NCBI GenBank assembly: GCA_963746085.1
Contig: CAVVAI010000008.1
Span: 291,777 to 355,776 of the forward strand
DNA length: 64,000 nucleotides
Reading direction: 5' to 3'
DNA from: an uncultured beta proteobacterium
Lineage (GTDB): Bacteria; Pseudomonadota; Gammaproteobacteria; Burkholderiales; Burkholderiaceae_F
The notes beneath the pieces were generated by a model, which was not told the DNA's origin, ran no database searches, and saw only the letters and a program-made list of their open reading frames with translations. Below are positions 1 through 9,715 of this stretch, in pieces; position 1 is the stretch's first letter; each line of letters starts with the position of its first letter. Made by a program: the position numbers and the translations under genes.

Positions 1-153
1 GGCGTCCCCACCGCCGAGGCCGCCGGCGCGCGCGCTTGCCCCGGGTTGCCTCGTGAGTACAATTCCGCCGTTCGTCTGGCCAGGCCCTCCCGGATCGTAT
101 GGCGCTGCGGGCATGTGTCGGTCAACAACTATTCAGCCAAGGGGAAAAAATCC

Positions 154-1356
154 ATGAACCAACAGTTACTTAAATTCGCACCAGTGGCCATCGCCGCTGC
201 ATTGGCGCTGACAGCTTGCAACCGTCAGGAAACGCCCGCTACCAAGACAGCCCCGGCACCAGCGCCGGCGAAGGCCGCTGCCGCACCCGCTGCTGAGGTG
301 ATCAAGATCGGCCACGTTGCACCACTCACCGGCGGTATCGCCCACCTGGGCAAGGACAACGAGAACGGCGCCCGCATGGCCGTCGAGGAAATCAACGCCG
401 CGGGCGGGTTGAAAGTCGGCGACAAGACGTACAAGCTGGACCTGGTCGCCGAAGACGACAAGGCCGACCCGAAGGAAGGTACGTTAGCCGCACAGAAGAT
501 CGTCGATTCCGGCGCAGTTGCAGTCGTCGGGCATCTGAATTCGGGCACCACAATTCCGGCGTCTAAGATTTATTCGGACGCCAATATGGCGCAGATTTCG
601 CCATCGGCCACCAATCCCAAATACACCGAGCAGGGATTTAAGACCGCGTTTCGCGTCGTGGCGAACGACAATCAGCAGGGCGCGGTACTCGCCAATTATG
701 CGGCGGATACGTTGAAAGCTAAGACGATTGCGATCCTCGACGACCGTACCGCCTACGGCCAGGGCCTGGCCGATGTGGTCGAGCGTGTTGCGAAACAGAA
801 AGGCATGAAAGTCGTTGCACGTGAATTTACCAACGACAAGGCGACCGACTTCAACGCCATTTTGACCAAGGTTCGAGCCACCAAGCCGGACGTCGTGATG
901 TACGGTGGGATGGATGCTACCGCCGGCCCGATGGCCAAGCAGATGTCGCAGCTCGGCATGAAGTCCACCTTCCTTGCGGGTGACGGCGTTTGCTCGCCGG
1001 AATTCATCAAGTTGGCCGGTGACGCTTCAGGGATGCTGCATTGCTCGCAGGCAGGCGAGGCGGTCGAGAAACTGGCCAAGGGCGCCGAGTTCACCGACAA
1101 GTACAAGAAGCGCTTCAATGCGGACGTTCAGGTGTATTCGCCTTATTCGTACGATGCGGTTTATGTGCTTGGCGAAGCCATCAAGCGCGCCGGTAAGATA
1201 GATCGCGCATCGATCGCGGCGGCGGTGCCAGCCACCAGCTACAACGGCGTGACCGGCACGGTTGCGTTTGACGACAAAGGCGACGTCAAGGGCGGCGCCA
1301 TTTCCATGTTCAAGGTCGTCAACGGAAAGATGGAGTACGTGTCGACGGTTCGCTAA
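154..1356 (+). CDS. livK: branched-chain amino acid ABC transporter substrate-binding lipoprotein (LivK/BraC family)
   Basis: In-frame ATG at 154 within ORF 46..1356. Signal peptide with lipobox (..ALALTAC). 'IKIGHVAPLTGGIAHLGKDNENGA' is a type-1 periplasmic-binding N-terminus. Followed by livHMGF. Confidence 0.85.
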   Translation: MNQQLLKFAPVAIAAALALTACNRQETPATKTAPAPAPAKAAAAPAAEVIKIGHVAPLTGGIAHLGKDNENGARMAVEEINAAGGLKVGDKTYKLDLVAEDDKADPKEGTLAAQKIVDSGAVAVVGHLNSGTTIPASKIYSDANMAQISPSATNPKYTEQGFKTAFRVVANDNQQGAVLANYAADTLKAKTIAILDDRTAYGQGLADVVERVAKQKGMKVVAREFTNDKATDFNAILTKVRATKPDVVMYGGMDATAGPMAKQMSQLGMKSTFLAGDGVCSPEFIKLAGDASGMLHCSQAGEAVEKLAKGAEFTDKYKKRFNADVQVYSPYSYDAVYVLGEAIKRAGKIDRASIAAAVPATSYNGVTGTVAFDDKGDVKGGAISMFKVVNGKMEYVSTVR

Positions 1357-1377
1357 GGAACGTAGAGCGAAGACGGG

Positions 1378-1409
1378 AAACGGCACCCTTTGTGGTGCCG
1401 TTTTTTTTT
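1378..1409 (+). terminator. rho-independent terminator/attenuator hairpin between livK and livH
   Basis: Stem 'acggcacc' / loop 'ctttgt' / stem 'ggtgccgt' runs directly into a run of nine T, about 22 nt after the livK stop. Confidence 0.7.
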
Positions 1410-1446
1410 GACTTGATACGATCGCTGATCGCGGCGGCGGAAAACC

Positions 1447-2379
1447 ATGGAAACCTTCATCCAGCAGGTCATCAACGGCTTGGTGCTCGGCAGCATGTAT
1501 TCGCTGATCGCGCTCGGCTATACGATGGTTTATGGGATTCTGAATCTGATCAATTTCGCGCACGGCGATGTGATGACGATCGGCGCCCTGACGTCGCTGA
1601 CGACTGCGCTGCTGCTGCAATCGATGTTTCCCGGCATACCCGGCTGGTTCATTCTGCTGGGCGCCCTGCTCGCTGCAATCCCGGTATGCGTCGCTCTGAG
1701 TCTGGTGGTCGAGCGGGTCGCCTACCGGCCGTTGCGTAACGCGCCTCGGCTGGCGCCGCTGATTACCGCGATTGGCGTGTCGATCGTGATTCAAACCATC
1801 GCGATGCTGGTTTGGGGACGCAACTTCCTGACGTATCCGCAGCTGATCTCGAACGACCCGATTGGCGTGTTTGGCATCGCGACGGTCACGCAGACCAAGA
1901 TCGCGGTGATTGGGCTTTCGGCCATCGTAATGATCGGTCTCATGCTGCTGGTCAATCGCACCCGGCTCGGCCGCGCGATGCGTGCGACCGCCGAGAATCC
2001 GAGGGTCGCGAGTCTGATGGGAGTGAATCCCAATTTCGTCATCGCGGCAACGTTCGCGATCGGCGCCGCGCTGGCGGCCCTTGCAGGCGTCATGTTCGCG
2101 ACCACCTATGGCGTTGCCCACTTTTACATGGGATTTTTGCCGGGGCTCAAGGCTTTCACCGCCGCTGTTCTCGGCGGTATCGGCAACGTGCCTGGAGCGA
2201 TGATTGGCGGGCTGCTGCTCGGCCTGATCGAGTCGCTCGGCGCGGGTTACATCGGGCAACTCACCGGTGGTGTATTCGGGAGTAATTATCAGGACGTGTT
2301 CGCGTTTCTAATACTGGTCGGTGTTCTGATCTTTCGGCCATCGGGCTTGCTGGGCGAACGCGTCGCCGATCGGGCGTGA
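1447..2379 (+). CDS. livH: branched-chain amino acid ABC transporter permease (LivH/BraD)
   Basis: 310-aa polytopic membrane ORF with ATG at 1447. Has 'NFAHGDVMTIGA' and 'LGGIGNVPGAMIGG' permease motifs. Sits in the liv operon. Confidence 0.9.
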   Translation: METFIQQVINGLVLGSMYSLIALGYTMVYGILNLINFAHGDVMTIGALTSLTTALLLQSMFPGIPGWFILLGALLAAIPVCVALSLVVERVAYRPLRNAPRLAPLITAIGVSIVIQTIAMLVWGRNFLTYPQLISNDPIGVFGIATVTQTKIAVIGLSAIVMIGLMLLVNRTRLGRAMRATAENPRVASLMGVNPNFVIAATFAIGAALAALAGVMFATTYGVAHFYMGFLPGLKAFTAAVLGGIGNVPGAMIGGLLLGLIESLGAGYIGQLTGGVFGSNYQDVFAFLILVGVLIFRPSGLLGERVADRA

Positions 2380-3509
2380 TCAACATTTTTCCGCAGCTAC
2401 GAAACAACGCTGCCGCAGCGTGGATTGCGATCGTCGTCGTCGCTGCGGTGCTGCTGGCGCTTCCGTATATCGCCGGCGGGTTTGGAAACGCGTGGGTACG
2501 GGCGCTAGCGTTCATGATGTTGTACATCATGCTGGCGCTCGGGCTGAACATTGTGGTCGGCTTTGCCGGCCTGCTCGATCTCGGTTACATCGCGTTTTAC
2601 GCGGTCGGTGCGTACACGTTTGCACTGCTGGCGTCGCCGCACTTGACGCAAAACTTTGCGTGGATTGCGCAGGCGTTTCCGAACGGACTGCACATTTCGA
2701 TCTGGCTCGTTATTCCGCTGAGCGCCGGTATCGCGGCAATGTTCGGCATCCTGCTCGGAGCGCCGGTATTGAAGCTGCGCGGCGATTACCTCGCGATCGT
2801 GACGCTGGGCTTTGGGGAGCTGATCCGCATTTTTCTGAACAATCTGAATGCGCCGCTGAACATTACCAATGGCCCGCAAGGCATCACGCTGATCGATCCC
2901 GTGCGGATCGGCAGCGTCAATTTCACCGGCGTGCACGACGTATTCGGCCTCGCACTGCCTGCCGTCTATTTGTATTACTACCTGTTCCTCCTACTGACGA
3001 TCATCACCATCGTCATCTGCATTCGATTGCAGCATTCGCGGCTCGGTCGCGCGTGGATGGCAATTCGCGAAGACGAGATCGCAGCGAAGGCGATGGGCAT
3101 CAATGTGCGCAACGTGAAGCTGCTCGCGTTCGCGCTCGGAGCGACGTTCGGCGGCGTCGCCGGCGCAATGTTCTCGGCGTTTCAAGGTTTCGTGTCGCCC
3201 GAGTCGTTCGTGTTGAACGAATCGATCATCGTTCTGGCGATGGTCGTGCTCGGAGGGCTGGGCCATATTCCCGGCGTGATCCTCGGCGCCGTGCTGCTGG
3301 CGCTGTTCCCTGAATTGCTCAGGCATACCGTGACGCCGGTGCAGATGGCGTTGTTCGGCGAGGTCATCGTCGAAGCCGAAGTTTTGCGCATGATGCTGTA
3401 CGGCCTCGCGCTGGTGCTGGTGATGCTGTACCGGCCAAAGGGCTTGTGGCCGGCGCCGGAGCATGGGATCAATCCGGTCGTGCAAAAGCATTCGCGGCTC
3501 GTCGCATGA
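2376..3509 (+). CDS. livM: branched-chain amino acid ABC transporter permease (LivM/BraE)
   Basis: GTG at 2376 overlaps the livH stop (GTGA). 377-aa membrane ORF containing 'LNIVVGFAGLLDLGYIAFYAVGAY'. Confidence 0.88.
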   Translation: MINIFPQLRNNAAAAWIAIVVVAAVLLALPYIAGGFGNAWVRALAFMMLYIMLALGLNIVVGFAGLLDLGYIAFYAVGAYTFALLASPHLTQNFAWIAQAFPNGLHISIWLVIPLSAGIAAMFGILLGAPVLKLRGDYLAIVTLGFGELIRIFLNNLNAPLNITNGPQGITLIDPVRIGSVNFTGVHDVFGLALPAVYLYYYLFLLLTIITIVICIRLQHSRLGRAWMAIREDEIAAKAMGINVRNVKLLAFALGATFGGVAGAMFSAFQGFVSPESFVLNESIIVLAMVVLGGLGHIPGVILGAVLLALFPELLRHTVTPVQMALFGEVIVEAEVLRMMLYGLALVLVMLYRPKGLWPAPEHGINPVVQKHSRLVA

Positions 3510-4312
3510 GCCAAGCCGTGTCGGACATCGTGCTCCGTGTAGCGGGAGTGAATAAGCGCTTCGGCGGATTGCAGGCGCTATCCGATGTCGGCGTGCAGAT
3601 AGTGCGCGGGCAGATATATGGGTTAATCGGACCCAATGGCGCCGGCAAGACAACGTTCTTCAACGTCGTCACCGGGCTCTACGCACCGGACTCCGGAACG
3701 TTCGAACTCGACGGCGCCTCGTACTCGCCGCACGAAGTGCACCGGGTGGCAGCGGCCGGCATCGCTCGCACCTTTCAGAACATCAGGCTGTTTCCTGACA
3801 TGACGGCGCTTGAGAACGTGATGGTCGGCCGGCACGTTCGCACCAAAGCCACCGCGCTCGGCGCGATCCTGCGCACGCGCGCAACGGTCGCGGAGGAGCG
3901 TGCGATCAAGCAGCGCTCGCTCGAGCTGCTGGAGTACGTCGGCATTGCAAAGTACGCCGATTACCAGGCGCGCACGCTGGCATACGGCGATCAGCGGCGT
4001 CTCGAAATAGCGCGCGCGCTGGCCACGGAACCCAAGCTGCTGGCGCTGGACGAACCTGCGGCCGGCATGAATGCCACCGAAAAACTTGCGCTGCGCTCGC
4101 TGCTCGTAGCCATCAGCCGCGACGGCGTCACCATATTGCTGATCGAGCACGACGTGAAACTCGTTATGGGACTGTGCGATCAGGTCACCGTCCTCGACTA
4201 CGGCAAGACGATCGCAGTCGGCTCGCCGGCCGAGGTGCAGCGCAATCCCGCCGTCATCGAGGCGTACCTGGGTGCTGCGCATACGAATGTCGCAACAAAG
4301 GCGTCGGCATGA
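3506..4312 (+). CDS. livG: branched-chain amino acid ABC transporter ATP-binding protein (LivG/BraF)
   Basis: ATG at 3506 overlaps the livM stop (ATGA). Walker A 'GPNGAGKTT', 'YGDQRRLEIARAL', Walker B 'LLALDEP'. Confidence 0.9.
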   Translation: MSQAVSDIVLRVAGVNKRFGGLQALSDVGVQIVRGQIYGLIGPNGAGKTTFFNVVTGLYAPDSGTFELDGASYSPHEVHRVAAAGIARTFQNIRLFPDMTALENVMVGRHVRTKATALGAILRTRATVAEERAIKQRSLELLEYVGIAKYADYQARTLAYGDQRRLEIARALATEPKLLALDEPAAGMNATEKLALRSLLVAISRDGVTILLIEHDVKLVMGLCDQVTVLDYGKTIAVGSPAEVQRNPAVIEAYLGAAHTNVATKASA

Positions 4313-5028
4313 CGGACACCGTCCTGAACGTGCGCGGACTGAAAGTTGCATACGGCGGCATTCAAGCCGTCAAAGGCATCGACTTGGAGGTCCGTGCAGG
4401 CGAATTGGTGACGCTGATCGGCGCCAATGGAGCGGGTAAGACGACGACGCTGAAGGCGATCACCGGCACACAGGCGTGGAGCGGTGAAGTCGACTATATG
4501 GGCGCGACAACCAGAGGCCAGGCGCCGTATCAGCTGCTGACAAAAGGCCTGACGATGGTGCCCGAAGGCCGCGGCGTTTTCGCGCGCATGAGCGTTACCG
4601 AAAATCTGCAGATGGGCGCATTCGTGCGCACGGATACTGCCGGTATCAAACGCGACATCGATCAAATGTTCGGAATCTTCCCGCGACTGAAGGAGCGTGC
4701 CAAACAGCTCGCCGGCACGCTGTCGGGCGGTGAACAGCAAATGCTGGCGATGGCGCGTGCGCTGATGAGCCAGCCGAAGCTACTACTGCTCGATGAACCG
4801 TCGATGGGTTTGGCGCCGATCATGGTCGAAAAGGTGTTCGACGTGATTCGGTCGGTGGCAGAGCGCAAGGTGCCGATGCTGCTGGTAGAACAAAACGCAC
4901 GTCTTGCTCTGGAAGCTGCGCATCGCGGATATGTGATGGAGTCGGGGTTGATCACGTTGTCGGGCGATGCAAAGTCACTGCTGAACGATCCCAAGGTTAG
5001 GGAAGCGTACTTGGGGGAAGCTGCCTAG
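4309..5028 (+). CDS. livF: branched-chain amino acid ABC transporter ATP-binding protein (LivF/BraG)
   Basis: ATG at 4309 overlaps the livG stop. 'GANGAGKTT', ABC signature 'LSGGEQQMLAMARAL', 'LLLLDEP'. Confidence 0.9.
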   Translation: MTDTVLNVRGLKVAYGGIQAVKGIDLEVRAGELVTLIGANGAGKTTTLKAITGTQAWSGEVDYMGATTRGQAPYQLLTKGLTMVPEGRGVFARMSVTENLQMGAFVRTDTAGIKRDIDQMFGIFPRLKERAKQLAGTLSGGEQQMLAMARALMSQPKLLLLDEPSMGLAPIMVEKVFDVIRSVAERKVPMLLVEQNARLALEAAHRGYVMESGLITLSGDAKSLLNDPKVREAYLGEAA

Positions 5029-5045
5029 GCTCGGTGGTATCGCGG

Positions 5046-5476
5046 CGCGCAAGCGTTGGGAGTGCGGCGCTGCCCTGATTCGTCGCGCCGCGCAAGCGTT
5101 GGGCGGAGCGGACCTGCCTGGGCGTCGGGCACTGAAGTGCCGACCGCTGCGGTACTCACAACGCCGGTGCAAAAAAGGGCTAAAGCGCTTTTTTGCTTAA
5201 CCGCCCCGGCGTCGCTCCGTTCCTCGGGCGACGCCCCGAAGCCAGGCCCGCTCCGCCCAACGCTTGCGCTTGAGGCAGTCTCACTTGGTGTGGGGAAAAG
5301 GAAAAAACACCTCGTGCGGGGCGATGTCGCGACAGCAGCGGCTGGCGCAGATGCGCCGCCTTTTCGTCGTCGCCCGAGGAACGGAGCCAAGCCGGGGCCT
5401 TTGAGCGAAACAGCGCTTTAGCCCTGTTTCGCGCCGGCTTGGCGAGTACCGCAGCGGTTGGCACGAAGTGCCCGAC
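5046..5476. repeat. composite nested inverted-repeat (REP/MITE-like) intergenic element
   Basis: Module A is direct at 5046-5077 and 5089-5125 and inverted at 5234-5270. A ~110-nt module B at 5124-5233 recurs inverted at 5368-5476, about 85% identical by eye. No credible coding frame. Confidence 0.8.
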
Positions 5477-5531
5477 GACGTAGGCGGCGCAGCTGCGCCA
5501 GCCGCTGCTGGCCACCACTAGCGGCAAATAA

Positions 5532-6134
5532 TCATTCCTCGACTTGCACATCAGTCACCCACATCAATTCGCACGAACCCCCTCCTGTGTCATCCCGCGA
5601 CAACGATGAGCGCCAGGTCCATCCGTCGTTGTGCCGCACGTTGATCAAGTAGCCGCTGAGCTTGACTACCGCGCCCTTTCTTACATCGAGCAGGCGCCTT
5701 TTTACGAGATCATCGGCCGGCACCAGGTGAGTATTGGCCGAGCTTTTCGCCATGACGGACGGTTCGATCGGTGGAGAGCCTTCCCAGCGGTAGTGGTACC
5801 AGCGGCCGCTCTGGCTGATGCTCAGTCGATCGATCACAGCGGCGTCCGACATCGGTCCCCATCCGAGCGCGAAGTCGAGCGGGGACAGATCGGCCTCGCG
5901 CCCCATTCGATAGCGCTCGATCGACAACACCCGCCCGCGAACTTCGTAGCTTGCGAGCGGTTCGATTGTGTAGCCGTCGCGCTGAAGCGTGAGGCCGCCA
6001 TGGCTCGACTGCGAAGGTATCTCGGCGACTGGGCCACTCTTAAGGACGCGTCGCTCGGCGGCGCGGTCATAGACGAAGTAGGCGACACTCGCCGCCAGCA
6101 CCAGACCAACGAACCAGGGCTTCAAACGCTCCAT
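5532..6134 (-). CDS. hypothetical membrane-anchored protein
   Basis: 200-aa ORF with one N-terminal TM helix ('WFVGLVLAASVAYFVY'). GC3-rich codon use. I do not recognise a family. Confidence 0.55.
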   Translation of the reverse strand: MERLKPWFVGLVLAASVAYFVYDRAAERRVLKSGPVAEIPSQSSHGGLTLQRDGYTIEPLASYEVRGRVLSIERYRMGREADLSPLDFALGWGPMSDAAVIDRLSISQSGRWYHYRWEGSPPIEPSVMAKSSANTHLVPADDLVKRRLLDVRKGAVVKLSGYLINVRHNDGWTWRSSLSRDDTGGGSCELMWVTDVQVEE

Positions 6135-6241
6135 CTCTTCGTTATAGGGCGAAGCGAGGAGCTACTGCCGGCAAACAGCGGCGGATTTACGAGTGTTTTT
6201 GCACGAACAGCCGCAAGCGGCGACGTCGACTTAAGCCAGCG

Positions 6242-7198
6242 TCACACTCGGCGCACCGAAACCTTGACGTCCATCCCGACGTAGTCTGACGCGGCGCCGA
6301 ACCAGCTGCCGCTCAGTGGGGCGGCCAATTTCGGATCGCGCGCGAAGGCAACGCGAATCAAATTGGCGCTTCTGAAAATCGCATTGGTTGGATCAAAGGG
6401 AACCCACCCCGCGCCGGGCAGGTACACATCGAGCCAGGCATGTGTCGCGCCGGCGCCGACAACGCCTTCGTCCCAACCGGTGTCCTGGGCGGGGTCATAC
6501 AGGTACCCCGACACGAATCGCCCCGCCATTCCCAATCGTCGCACGGCCTCCATCATCAGCAACGCGTAATCGCGGCAGCTTCCCGATCCGCGCTCCAGTG
6601 TTTCATCGGGCGTCTGCGTGCCCTCCTCGTTGCGCACTTCGTACGTGAGCCCGCTTTTTATCGCATCGGCCAGCGACATCAGCAGCTCCTTGGTGTCGGG
6701 CCGCGCCGCATGTGTGAAAAATGGACGCATCCATTCGTACAGCCGGCCGTCCGGATCGAGATAGTGCGGCTCGAGCATCGCACCGAGATCGCGCCGCTCT
6801 TCGCCGCTGTAATCGAACGGCCAGCGTTGTGCGTGCGCCGCCAGTGGCAGGTCCTGCGCGCTGCGCACGCGATGCTGTTCGATCTTGAAACGGCATTCGA
6901 TCTTCAGCTCCGCCGACTCTTCCTGCGGCGTGACCAGCGTGACCGAGTTGGACTGCGTGTCGAGCATCCAGTCGATCCGCGCCGGGACGCTGACGTGCAC
7001 GCCTGCTTCAAGCACCTGCACGTCGTGCCCCTCGCGCGGGCGAAACATCAACCGGTGCTGGCCGAAGCGGACCGGCTTCCGGTAGTGATAAGTCGTGACA
7101 TGCTCGACCGTCAGCAGACTCAGCGGGCCGGCTGCGGCACTGCTTGCACCCGGCTCACTGACAGCCAACGTGCCGGCGGCCAACGAGTCATTGCTCAT
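6242..7198 (-). CDS. transglutaminase-like cysteine protease family protein
   Basis: 318 aa. N-terminal 'VEHVTTYHYRKPV' (bacterial transglutaminase N domain). Core 'GSGSCRDYALLMMEAVRRLGMAGRFVSGYL...HAWLDVYLPGAGWVPFDPTN' carries the Cys-His-Asp arrangement. Confidence 0.85.
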   Translation of the reverse strand: MSNDSLAAGTLAVSEPGASSAAAGPLSLLTVEHVTTYHYRKPVRFGQHRLMFRPREGHDVQVLEAGVHVSVPARIDWMLDTQSNSVTLVTPQEESAELKIECRFKIEQHRVRSAQDLPLAAHAQRWPFDYSGEERRDLGAMLEPHYLDPDGRLYEWMRPFFTHAARPDTKELLMSLADAIKSGLTYEVRNEEGTQTPDETLERGSGSCRDYALLMMEAVRRLGMAGRFVSGYLYDPAQDTGWDEGVVGAGATHAWLDVYLPGAGWVPFDPTNAIFRSANLIRVAFARDPKLAAPLSGSWFGAASDYVGMDVKVSVRRV

Positions 7199-7199
7199 G

Positions 7200-8157
7200 C
7201 TAGGCAGTCAGCCCGGTCTGTTCCGGCAGGCCGAACATCAAGTTCATGTTCTGCACCGCGGCGCCGCTCGCGCCCTTGCCTAGGTTGTCAAGGCGCGCCA
7301 CGAGCAACGCTTGTTCGTTGGCATCGTTGGCAAACACGAACACTTCGATGCGATTGGTGCCGTTGACGGCTTCCGGCTCGAGGTAAGCCCCGTCGCGCAG
7401 TGCAGCGCTGTCGTTAAGCGGCCGCACGGTGATGAACGGTTCCTCGGCATAATGGTCCACGTACGCCGCATGCAATGCCTCACCCGGTGACGCGCCCCGG
7501 CAACTGGCCGGTGTGCAGCGGAATCGATACCAGCATGCCGCGCATGAAATCACCGACATGCGGCGTGAATACCGGCGCGCGGTCAAGAAGGCCCATCGTC
7601 TGCATCTCCGGGAGATGCTTGTGAGCAAGATTGAGTCCGTACAAGACAATCTTGGCGGGGCGATTCTCGGTGCGCTGGTACGCGTCGATCAATCGGCGGC
7701 CCCCGCCCGAATACCCGGACACTGCGTTGACATTGAGCAGCGTGCTCGGCGGAAGAACTTCTCGTTCCCGCAGCGGACGCAGCAGCGCGATCGCACCGGT
7801 CGGATAGCAGCCCGGATTCGATACGCGCTGCGCCGAAGCGATCGTAGCTCGTTGCGTACGCGTCATTTCGGGGAACCCGTAAACCCAGTCCGGTGAAGTG
7901 CGGTGAGCGCTGCTCGCATCGATAAAGCGCGTCGCGCCCTGCCCGGCAAGCGCCACGGTTTCGCGCGCAGCATCGTCGGGCAAGCAGAGGATGACCAGAT
8001 CCACGGCGTTCAGCACGCCGAGCTTTGCAACCGCGTCTTTGCGCTGCTCGACCGGCAAGCTGACCAGCTCGATATCGTCGCGCGCGATCAAGCGCTCGCG
8101 AATCTCGAGTCCCGTGGTTCCGTGTTCGCCGTCGATGAATACTTTCGGCTTTGCCAT
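7200..8157 (-). pseudogene. argC: N-acetyl-gamma-glutamyl-phosphate reductase (short ArgC type), one frameshift
   Basis: '[23 protein letters not shown]...SNPGCYPTG...' is in the frame of ORF 7480..8253, which stops at 7480. The conserved C-terminus '[12 protein letters not shown]...NLGKGASGAAVQNMNLMFG' continues in ORF 7200..7649. The junction lies in a C-run at about 7483-7485. Confidence 0.8.
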
Positions 8158-8176
8158 TACTTTTCCGTAGAAGCGA

Positions 8177-9241
8177 CTAAGCGTTGACCAGATCTGCCTG
8201 CGTCGTGAACGCGTCTGCAAAGAACTCGCTGTCCGGCAGCCCGCATTGTCCAACGAAGTCGCGCCGCGCAGCGTCGATCATCGCCGGCGCGCCGCACGCG
8301 TAAACCTGAAATGCCGATAAATCGGGCAGATCGTCCATCACCGCCTGATGGACGAATCCGGCCCGGCCCTGCCATCCATCTTCGGGCTGCGGCTCGGACA
8401 GGACGGGGACATAGCGAAAATTCGGCTGCTCGCGCGCCCACCGCTCGGGTAGATCGGTCATGTACAGGTCGGGCCGTGCGCGCGCGCCCCAATACAAGTA
8501 CACGTTGCGTGCCGGCTTGTCGCCTTCATTCCGGTTGATCCGTTTGTGAAACACATGCTCGGCGATCGCCTTGACCGGAGCAAATCCGGTTCCGCCCGCG
8601 AGCAGCACGATCGGCCGCGCATTGTCTTCGCGCAGAAAGAACGTGCCGAGCGGCGCTTCGATGCGCAGAATGTCGCGCTCCTTGACCGTCGGTTCGACCG
8701 CACCGAACAGGCGGTCCGTAAACACCCCGCCCGGCGTGCGCCGGATGTGCAGCTGGATCAGTTCGTCCGCGTGCGGCGCGGTCGCGATCGAATACTGGCG
8801 GCGTGCACCATCTTTCAGAATGAAATCGAGATACTGCCCGGCACGAAACTGCAATCGCTCATTGGCCGGCAGTTGCAGCGAGATCACCGCAACGTCGGGT
8901 ACGGGCCATTCGATCCCGGCAATGCGCGCCGGCATTTTGCGAATCGGAATATCGCCGAAGCCAGTCAGCTCGCGTGCTTCGATCACGATATCGCTCGCCG
9001 GACGCGACGAGCAGAAAAGTGCGAAGCCTTTGGCCTCGTCGGCGGCCGACAGCGCCGACGACGAATGCGCGCGATGCACGAGTTGACCCTCTACCAGCCT
9101 GCCGCGGCAGGTGCCACACGCGCCGTTCTTGCACCCATACGGCAGCCCGACGCCGTTACGCAACGCAGCTTCGAGCACGGTTTCGTCGCCGTCGACGCTG
9201 AACGCGCGCCCGCTCGGGCGAACGGTGACGTTAAAACCCAT
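8177..9241 (-). CDS. 2Fe-2S ferredoxin / FAD-NAD(P) oxidoreductase fusion (CDP-6-deoxy-delta-3,4-glucoseen reductase-like)
   Basis: 354 aa. Plant-type 2Fe-2S '[11 protein letters not shown]...C', FAD 'RQYSIA', NAD '[10 protein letters not shown]'. Confidence 0.85.
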   Translation of the reverse strand: MGFNVTVRPSGRAFSVDGDETVLEAALRNGVGLPYGCKNGACGTCRGRLVEGQLVHRAHSSSALSAADEAKGFALFCSSRPASDIVIEARELTGFGDIPIRKMPARIAGIEWPVPDVAVISLQLPANERLQFRAGQYLDFILKDGARRQYSIATAPHADELIQLHIRRTPGGVFTDRLFGAVEPTVKERDILRIEAPLGTFFLREDNARPIVLLAGGTGFAPVKAIAEHVFHKRINRNEGDKPARNVYLYWGARARPDLYMTDLPERWAREQPNFRYVPVLSEPQPEDGWQGRAGFVHQAVMDDLPDLSAFQVYACGAPAMIDAARRDFVGQCGLPDSEFFADAFTTQADLVNA

Positions 9242-9247
9242 CCGGCG

Positions 9248-9679
9248 CTACGGCCTTAAGTACGCGTAGCCCTCACGGCTCTGCAGTTGCGTGATTCGTT
9301 GCACGCCCGACGGCGTGTAGGTCACTTCCGGAATGAACTGCTCTTCTTCGAGCTTGCGATTGCGCGGCGTGATCTTGCACACCTCGAAGGTCACACCCTG
9401 CGACTTCAGGTCCTCGACGATCACGTTGTACGGATTCTTGTTTGCATCCTGCGCGCCTGTCATCAGAAAATCGACGCCTTGCGCGTGCGCGACGACGACT
9501 ATCTTCGCCTTCGGATCAACTTCAAGATGGTTGCGAATGTTGCGTAATCCGTTGGTCGCCTGCGCAAGCCCGTCGCCGAAGTGATAGACGACCTTGTCTT
9601 GACCTACTGCACTCTGAGCCAGCGCCGCGCACGAAAATACCGTCGCTGCGATGACCACGAGTAGCCGATGCTTGATCAT
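9248..9679 (-). CDS. DsrE-family (COG1416-like) secreted protein
   Basis: Internal ATG at 9679 gives 'MIKHRLLVVIAATVFSCAALA' (signal peptide). 'KVVYHF..GL...KIVVVAHAQGVDFL' is DsrE-like. The upstream part of ORF 9248..9754 overlaps the tRNA. Confidence 0.6.
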   Translation of the reverse strand: MIKHRLLVVIAATVFSCAALAQSAVGQDKVVYHFGDGLAQATNGLRNIRNHLEVDPKAKIVVVAHAQGVDFLMTGAQDANKNPYNVIVEDLKSQGVTFEVCKITPRNRKLEEEQFIPEVTYTPSGVQRITQLQSREGYAYLRP

Positions 9680-9715
9680 TGTGTCTCCTTGCGCAATGGC
9701 CGGACTGGAAAATCT

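Noticed and set aside
1027-2259. Long antisense ORFs opposite real genes. Examples: 1027..2259(-), 16382..17797(+), 22141..23118(+), 24653..26206(-), 28972..30051(-), 33672..34694(-), 53985..55340(+), 59383..60366(-).
   Set aside because: They are Arg/Ala/Pro/Gly/His-rich, low-complexity translations typical of stop-poor alternative frames in high-GC DNA. Each overlaps a gene with clear family motifs on the other strand or frame.
5046-5476. Considered whether the repeat region could be a CRISPR array.
   Set aside because: The repeats are long (35-110 nt), imperfect and mostly inverted rather than direct. They are not regularly spaced, and no cas genes are nearby.
5025-5551. Three 121-123-aa ORFs (5025..5390-, 5056..5421+, 5180..5551-) in the livF-downstream spacer.
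   Set aside because: They lie entirely within the nested inverted-repeat element and are mirror translations of the same repeat on both strands. They have no RBS or start context and no family resemblance.
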